A stretch of 64,000 bases of DNA from contig NC_089434.1 of the NCBI RefSeq assembly GCF_026210795.1, positions 2,170,001 to 2,234,000 on the forward strand, written 5' to 3'. This document shows positions 55,886 to 64,000 of this stretch, one piece after another. Below the pieces are notes generated by a model. That model did not search any database. It worked only from the letters and a program-made list of their open reading frames with translations, and was not told where the DNA came from. The stretch comes from Rhizophagus irregularis (lineage: Eukaryota). Within the stretch, counting starts at the first letter, position 1; every line of letters starts with the position of its first letter. Made by a program: the position numbers and the translations under genes.

Positions 55886-56463
55886 ATGAATCTCCAACTC
55901 ATCTTGATCTTCATCTTTTCTATCCTCTTCGTTACCATTTACTCTGACGAACTGGTTCCTCTCAAACAAAGCACACCTAATCCGGTTGTCATCAAGAAAG
56001 GTGGAGACAATAAATTACATATAGATGTTTCATGGGAAGGACTTGCAATAGGAGAGAAAGGTAAGAATGATATAATAAGTAAAACAGTCACCTATTTCTT
56101 ATTTACCGAGTATTCTTCACACAAAAAAAAGACAAAGTCGTTACCAAACTTACGTGTTTCAGTACTGCTGTAACCGTCAAAGACTCTCCTCAGGTAAATT
56201 GCCATATTTCCTTTTTTTATCACAAAAATTGCTTTTTTTTTTATTAAAAAATTTGTTTTCTAGAATCATTTATATGGTGATGGTAAGGCCACCTACGAAG
56301 TAACCGTCAATGAGAAAGGAAAACTCGTACATTGTAGATCAGGATTACTTATTATTATTGGTTGGAAAGTCTGGTTTTCTTTCCAGACTTGATTAGACAT
56401 TACCAATATTCTTTCACGTTATTATTACTCGTCGCTAGTTTGACGGTTATTTTATCGCATTAA
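55886..56463 (+). CDS. Small secreted protein, candidate effector, 3 exons
   Basis: Signal peptide MNLQLILIFIFSILFVTIYS; in-phase exons at about 55886-56060, 56132-56192 and 56264 onward; two Cys; upstream ctatataaaa near 55828. Possible frameshift near 56350. Confidence 0.75.
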
Positions 56464-57230
56464 ATTAATTATAGCATTGCAAATAACTTTCCCGATACAT
56501 ACATACTGTACCTGTGTTAAAACAATAAATTTTTAGCATTTTTACTGCAACGTAAATATACAAGTTTGAAAAATATATGGTTCTGGAAAATTGTATTTTG
56601 TATATTTTGAGACTAATACATACTTCTTGGCAGAAAATTGCAAAATTCCCGTCATCAATAGTATAAATTTCGTGCGGTTCAGCTCTCTGGGAAGGTTCAG
56701 AGAAAAGATGAGGAGCCACTCTATGACCCAAACTCATCGATTCCTGGGACGCCATTAAGGTGAAAAAAAAGTCCATGTTAACCTATTTATAATTACGGTG
56801 CCATGGTAAGGGTTGAATTGATAAGCCGGGCAAGAAAATAAGTTATCATACCATATCATATGATAATCGTGAAGATTCTTCTCACTATCAACCAATAGAA
56901 GCAGGATCTATCGATTAATATTCGTTATATGTAATACACTTTGCTTATCATTTTATATGGTATAATAAATAAGCGATTAGTAAAAAAATAATTTTCTCTG
57001 GTTATTATTACATCATGGGGAATATGTGTAAAAAAATAAATGTGAAAATAAATCGGGAGTTTTACTATAGCTTGTGATACATGCTATGTCATATGATAAC
57101 CGTGAAGACTCCAACCAATAGTAGGATATATACTATGATGCGGGTTCGGAAAAAGAAACAGCCTAATGAAAGGCTCGGCAAGAAATTTACCGAATATCTT
57201 CTGCGCATTTTAGGTGATCGACCACATGAT

Positions 57231-58217
57231 TAGAGCTCCGAACAGGTCAGCCAAATTCAGGTAACCTGACCTGACCTGACCTGAAATTCAGGTCAGGTAT
57301 GAGATTTTTAAAAAAAATTCAGGTCAGGTATGAAGATTGACCTGACCTGATTGACCTGTTGACCTGAAACTATTGATTCTACTATATAATAAAAGTGAGT
57401 TGCGATATTGCGATTCACTTTTTTATATTGATTTTATATAATAAAAGTGAGTTGCGATATTGCGATTCACTTTTTTATATAGATTCTATATAATAAAAGT
57501 GAGTTGCGATATTGCGATTCACTTTTTTATATTGATTCTATATAAAAAAAGTGAATCGCAATACCGCAACTCACTTTTTTTATATAGAATCTATATAAAA
57601 AAGTGAATCGCAATACCGCAACTCACTTTTATTATATAAAATCAATATAAAAAAGTGAATAGCAATACCGCAACTCACTTTTTTTTATACAAAATCAATA
57701 TAAAAAAGTGAATCGCAATACCGCAACTCACTTTTTTTATATTAATTCTATATAAAAAAAAGTGAATTGCAGTATTGGGATTCACTTTTTTATATGATTT
57801 TAATATAAAAATGTTGAATCGCAATATTTCGAGAAAAAATGTTGCGAAAACGGTTTTCATAATATTATATTAAAAAAATGTTTCGTAAAGTTTTTTTTTT
57901 AATATTTCAATAATAACGTTGCGAAAACATTTTTTTCATAATGTTATATTAAAAAAAACGTTTTGCAATATTTTTTTTCAATATTTTAATAAAAAACGTT
58001 GCAAAAACGTTTTTTTTTCATAATATTATATTAAAAAAAAAGTTTTGTACCGTTTTTTTTCAATACTTTAATAAAAATAGTCCTGAAATTTTTCAGGTTT
58101 CAGGTCAGGTCAGGTCAAACAGACAACCTGATATAACCTGACCTGACCTGACCTGAAAAAAATTTCAGGTCAGGTTTATCAATTAACCTGACCTGACCTG
58201 ACCCATTCGGAGCTCTA
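57231..58217. mobile_element. hAT MITE with internal direct and inverted 52-bp arrays
   Basis: TIR tagagctccgaa; TSD cacatgat; subterminal (acctg)n. Confidence 0.93.
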
Positions 58218-58706
58218 CACATGATGAAGAATCATCAAAAAATAAGCGGAATAGCATTTGTTTTTTGTGTGCCATGTCCATGGCGCATGCGCCACAGCCA
58301 CCGTTAATTTGTCACGTGGTCACAATACATTATGTTGATTACAATATACAATACAATACATTACAAGAGTATATATAATTAAGATAATTTCTTAATAGGT
58401 TTTTATTTTCTACGCACCTGCATAAATTGTAGGGTGCATATATTATATATAAAATTTTCGATTTTTGAATATTTTACGCACTGGTAAAAAAATTTAAATA
58501 AATTTTCTAAAAATAAAATAATGATATGTATTTCTGTACGCATTCCTTCTATTACATAAAAAAATTATTTTTTCTATTAATTAAATTATATGCCGAAAAA
58601 GTATCAAAGATAAGCTCATACTATTAAAATACTATTAAAATGCAAACAGGCGACCGAAGGGGAATATGCAGCAGCTTGAATTACAGTAGTGATTTGAGCC
58701 ATTAAA

Positions 58707-61681
58707 TTACAATAATGTTTTCCTTTTCTTTCCATTTGGATTTGAAGGACAAGTTGTACGATTATGTCCAACATTATTACACAAACTACATTTATTTTGT
58801 TGATTTTTCTTCTACAGGTACCTTCGTTAGGTTTAGATGATTCCTCTAAAGGATTTTTGTACCTTGCAACTCCCAAAGGTCTTCCCTTAGGCCGCTGAAT
58901 TATAGGATTTCCAAGTTGTTCGGCATTTTCCTGATCAGGCTCTAAATTAATCAAATCTTAAGATCGATTGTTTAATGATCCAAGTTGCGCCAACTCCAAT
59001 GCTTCATGATTTTTCTTGGTAATATAATCCTCAAGTAATGTAACAAAAGATCCATCACAAGTTTTGCAAGTAATACAACTTGCTTGTTTAGACAAACCTT
59101 TAATATTCATATAATATAACTTTTGCTTACTAAGAGTGACATACGGATTATTTCTATTCAAAATATTTTCATTTATTGAATGAAAAAAATTAGGAGGATT
59201 ATTAGATTCTAAATATGAAACAACTGAATCCATTTTAAACTTCGAGGCAGGACAGAATGGACGACTCCTAAGATCTGGAGAAGTTTCAACAAACCACCGC
59301 GGATTAAGGAATCCAATATGAAATTGAGCTTGAGATGTTTGTAACATTACACAGAAATAATGCCTACAAACAGTACCACGATTAATCAGAGACATACATG
59401 AACATTTATACATCCCATTATCTAATAAAATGACTAAATGGTGTGTATCAGAAGAGATTAAATAGCTAATGCCCCAAAGACTTTTAATTTCTTTCTGGTC
59501 ATATGATAGTAAAAGTTGCTGAAAGGAAAGTTGCTGTACTTCTTGTTTTTCAATAAAATCATTAGCAAATGATAAATCCTAAAAAAGAGTTAAAATTTGT
59601 TACATATCAATTTGAAAATAAATGAACTTAATAATTAACATCATACATGAGAATCTTTATTATTAATATAAGATTTATCCAAAGGTCTAGCATCATAACT
59701 AAATGCCAATTCCATTTCATTATTATGAATTTTTTGAATTGAAGGAGTTGTAAAATCCTTGAGTTTGTTAATTACATCAGTAAAAGTATTAGAAGCTATT
59801 GTACTGGATTGAATTGTTGTAAGAGAGTTCTGCCAATTTAAATATTAATCAGTATTATCTTGCTCTTCTTCTAACCGCTCTTCAATAGTAAAAAATATAT
59901 CTACAAGTGTATTATTTGAATTTTGTAAGAGATTTTTAAATGTGGCATTAACAGATTCACAACGTGATGTTGTTTAAATATCTATTGTAAAAATCGTGAC
60001 ACTAAATGCTCGAGCCTAAGAACATTTAGAAGGATAAAGAAACTTTTCAAGATAATTAGCAGCATTTGGATAGTTAATAAGTAAATTTGCCCAACGATGT
60101 TCAAATATTTCTTGTTTCAAACTATTCCTACATTTATAAAAATCTTTTTTAAATTGGTCAAATAAACCACCAAGCTTTGACTTAAGACGTAAAGGTAAAT
60201 TCTGTCCAATATGCCAGATACAATGAATAGGAAATATGGATGAATATTTTAACTAATAGCTAGATCTATACCAGAATCAGCATCTATTATGAATACTTTT
60301 GGAATAATTCCTGTTACATCAATTGTACATTGCAAAACTCAAGTGTACGCATCCTTTGTTTCACGATCTATCAATGCTTATGCTACAATTCGAGATTTCA
60401 TACTATTGTCTATTGCTACAAAAAAAGAAAGAGACATTTCATAACGATTTGTTTTTGAAGTATTATCATTAAGAATTACATCATTATAGCGATACCAAGT
60501 TTCTAATTGATCAGGATTCATCCAAAAAAGCTTCGTCAGTATGTTGGTTTTACGGTCCCAATCTTTATAAATTATCCAATGTGGATTAAGCCTCTACATG
60601 AGCCAGCTTGAGCCGAGCCAAGGGCTAGCTCAGTTTGGCTCAGCTTGGCTTGTTCCAAAAGCTCACAAGCTAGCTCATTTTCAAAATCATATAAAATTTA
60701 TTATAACTAAAATTTCAAAACGTGATAACTTCGCCAATATTGCTCCAAATTTAATGATTTTACTACCATTAGATTCGTCACATCAAGAGGAATCAAATGG
60801 TAGTAAATTCATTAAATTTGGAGCAATATTGGCGAAGTTATCGCGTTTTGAAACTTTAGTTTTAATTTACAATAAATTGAGCTTAGCCAGCACCAAGCCA
60901 AGATATAACTGCAGCTTGGTTTGGCTTGGCTTGGCTCAGCTTAAAAGCTCACGAGCTGGCTTGGCTTATGTAGAGCACTAATGTGGATCATCTTCCTTAC
61001 ATTTTTCAAGATACTCAAAAAGTTGTGAAACATCATTGCCTAATTGATCAATATTGCGATGGTATTTGTAAATTATTTTATAAAGATCCTTGTTATAAAC
61101 TTTACGTTTATATTTAGCCTTTAACATTCATTTAATTGCTAATAGCTTTAAATGACCATGCACATATATCCATTCAATATCATCTAACATTAGTTTTGTA
61201 AAAGCTTTATCTGCTTCAAATCGATGTGCACAAAGATCCAAACTGTGTCTAGAATGTTTATCAACAATTGTAGTAATGAAAATCATAGAGTTTTAGTTAT
61301 TTTTTGTTGGCCGAGAAAGATTAACATGCTATTTGCAGTTTGTGCGATGTGTTTTTGATGGTTTGTTAGTTTTTTTTGATTGATTATTATAAACTCCTTC
61401 ACAAAAACATACAATTGTTTATTTTCTTAATTTAGATTCTATTTTTTCTGATCTTCCTTTGCGTATGCTAAAGCCCTGTTGATGAGCCCATTGCTTGATG
61501 TGGTTAAATGCAATCTTCCAGGTGAGAAAAACCATACTTCCAATTTCAGAGTTTCATTGGAGGAACCACCATTATCTTCACCATCAGAGTCACTGTCGTT
61601 AAGAATATTTTCAATAAAATCATTATCAAAAGCCTCATCGAAAATTTCATCATCGCTTGACATAAATTCGGAGTCACTCAT
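58707..61681 (-). pseudogene. Mutator/MULE (FAR1-like) transposase with SWIM and CCHC fingers, disrupted
   Basis: DVILNDNTSKTNRYEMSL, HCIWHI, TTSRCES.N, YKCSC..RGTVCRHYF, RPKGRP, C.LCNNVGHNRTTC; many stops. TIRs not resolved. Confidence 0.88.
60587..60980. mobile_element. hAT MITE in the MULE transposase
   Basis: TSD atgtggat; ends taagcctctaca / tgtagagcacta; gagcc/ggctt subterminal repeats; central palindrome. Confidence 0.88.
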
Positions 61682-62386
61682 TTTAGTTGTAATAAAATTT
61701 ATAAGTGAAAGAAAGAGGTTGGGAGGAGAGATTAGAGAAGAAGAGGGAAGATAGGAAGAGAGGAAGAGAGGGAAGAGGAAAGATGATAATCGTTGGGAAA
61801 AAAAAGTATAATATAATTTAAACACGTGATCATGTAAAATAAAAAAGTCTAAATTTAGATGCATATCAAAAAAAGCTGCGCATGAGACAATTATGATGTA
61901 TTTATTAAATAATTTAAATACCCATGTATATCAGAATTACTATGCATGGGATGCAATTTATGCATCCCGCATAAAAGTCAAATTCCTTTTCTTAATATAC
62001 ACTAGTATGCGAAACATGTATCACGTGACTATAATTTGTCACTTATGTCACACCCGTATAGCTTTCAATTTTTACTATTTATTCTAGGTACTTGAATTTT
62101 TTCGGTAGAAAAACCTTATTTGTCACATATTATATGTCACACACCATAATTTCGGCCAAATTTTATAATTCCAATAATTCCAGCCAAAAATTACTGTAAT
62201 TTCCAATTTTGAAAATTAGAGTAATATTACACAATCCAAAAAGGCAATTTTGTTTCTCAGTAAAAATGAAAATACGTTATACAATATTCCAAAATAGGAA
62301 GTTTTTATGCAGATCACCAGAAAATGATAATAATCACGTGACCTGTGTTTACACATGTAGTGTACAAATAGAAATAGTCTTATTTA

Positions 62387-62561
62387 CAGTTCACTCTCAC
62401 TATAGTAAATCCTATGGGCTGGAGATTAAAATTCGGTATAATGAGAAATTCACTATACTGAGGGTCATTTTATTATATATATAAAAAATCTGTACCTAAA
62501 CTTTTCTTCATTATAGCAAGTTATTCACTATATAAAAATTCACTATAGAGAGGGTGAACTG
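62387..62561. mobile_element. pogo-type MITE
   Basis: TIR cagttcac.ctc.ctatagt.aat; TA TSD. Confidence 0.85.
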
Positions 62562-62732
62562 TATATTTAACATATGGGCTGATTTGTTTACCTTTAATTA
62601 AAATATTAATTTTATTACATTTTTATTATACAAAATACTATATAATATACAGTAAATTGGAAATGAATATTAAAAAATTTTTATTTAATGTTATTATACT
62701 ATAATTTGGTAAATATTTCTTTTAAATTAATA

Positions 62733-63286
62733 CTAGGAAACAGAAACCGTTGTAAGTCTGGAGCGAAAGATTTGTACAAAAATCCAAATATCTTTAAAAA
62801 TTTAATTTGTACAAAAAATCTGGCATCCCTAAAAAAATAAAAATGAAAAATGAAACGTTAGAAATGTTTCTTTAAGGTTAAACAAGTAAGAAAAGCCTTT
62901 ACAATTTACCTTTAAAAGTCTGGCATGTACAAAAAACCTGTGTTCCTAGATAAAAGAAAATAAAAACAAAATGCTAAAAACGTTTCTTTAAAGCAAAATA
63001 AATAAAAAACAACTCACCAGTCCGGTATGTACAAGAAATCCAGAAACCCTAGGAAAAAAATAAGAAAGTCGTTTAAAAGAAAAATATACTTACTAGCCGA
63101 AATCTAAAAAAAAAGGTAATCATAAACTTTTTTACTTGTTTATTTTTGATGTAGCATGAAATTTCAATACACATTCTGTGCGGACCAATTAGAAATAACG
63201 CGTGCGGACAACCGGAAATTGCCACGTGACACTAATTGTCATCGACCTTCGTAAAATTATATAGTCCTTCACTACGCTCCGAACAA
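62733..63286 (-). mobile_element. Non-autonomous Helitron-like element
   Basis: Minus strand 5'-TTGTTCGGAGCG...TTCCTAG-3'; inserted between A and T with no TSD; absent from the paralogous site near 36745. Confidence 0.75.
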
Positions 63287-63289
63287 TAA

Positions 63290-63629
63290 GAATAAATCTA
63301 ATTGTAACAGCCTATTACGCGTCTTATTTATAACAATCTCCAATTTTATCCAATTAAAATTTAAGATCAGGCGAAATGTAAACAAAAACAAAAAGATCAG
63401 TCATGTAATCAAGACAAAAGAATTTTTTAAAAAATTTCAAGAAACTGCTTATAACTTGAAATTTTGTCTATGAAACTGTCTTAAGTACATTAAGTAAAAG
63501 TTTTTCAAATTAAATTTTGCATATAAAAATTTTATTTGTAAATTACATACTAAATTTATTATTAAAAAAAATTAAAAAAAGGATGTTACAAATAAGATAT
63601 GTAACAGGCTATTACAAATACATTTATTC
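63290..63629. mobile_element. Mutator-like MITE
   Basis: TIR gaataaat.ta.ttgtaa.agcct.ttac; 9-bp TSD ttaatataa, whose left copy is split by the Helitron-like insert. Confidence 0.85.
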
Positions 63630-64000
63630 TTAATATAATTCTTAGCACTTACTATATATGTTAAAAATTTATATCTCAACTTAAAACGTAAATATCTCCA
63701 GATCCAGTGATCCAATTGGCAAGCTCTTTTTTCGTTCATATAGACCAGATCAAAGGCTTTCCCAAAAGCCTAAATTTATAAAAAATGGATCAGTGGATTC
63801 CAAGATATTTGCATTTAAGCATGTTAAAAAGTTCATACCTCAACTTTAAACGTAAATATCTCTGGATCTAATGATTCAATCGGCGAGCTCTTTTTTCGCC
63901 TATAAAGTCCAGAACAAGGGCTTTCCAACGAGCCTAAAATTATAGAAAACGGATCAGTGAATCTTGATATATTTGCGTTTAAAGATGGTAATACAAATTC

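Larger units (their letters stand above)
62576..64000. mobile_element. Inverted paralog of 35982-36899 with two nested insertions; runs off the window
   Basis: 62576-62732 and 63630-64000 are the reverse complement of about 36375-36899. Confidence 0.85.

Noticed and set aside
56465..56776. 103-aa minus-strand ORF next to the secreted-protein gene
   Set aside because: No recognisable motif or convincing gene structure; cannot be supported.

Overview
AT-rich, intron-containing eukaryotic DNA. The short AT-rich introns, microexons and TE repertoire suggest an arbuscular-mycorrhizal fungus (Glomeromycota, Rhizophagus-like); this is inference, not a database match. Two host genes are clearly recognisable: eIF4B (1462-3429, minus) and a TPT/SLC35-type nucleotide-sugar transporter (43185-44747, minus). 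There is also a small secreted effector-like gene (55886-56463) and a few unidentified gene relics. The rest is a dense, nested collection of decayed transposons: an RNase H-bearing non-LTR retrotransposon, two CMC-superfamily elements (one EnSpm/Tnp2-type, one Plavaka-type) that each carry a divergent second gene of unknown function, two inverted near-identical hAT copies, a pogo inside a Tc1-type shell, a MULE, a Helitron-like insertion and over a dozen MITEs, most with readable target-site duplications (TSDs). I see no CRISPR array, rRNA or tRNA. The most unusual signals are a Helitron-like element with mixed Helitron1/Helitron2 ends confirmed by an empty-site paralog, a palindromic cassette recurring inside unrelated elements, an AGGACCCC-ended 8-bp-TSD family, hairpin tandem arrays inside hAT MITEs, and the shared two-gene architecture of the CMC elements. 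All coordinates were read by eye; those called approximate may be off by tens of bases.
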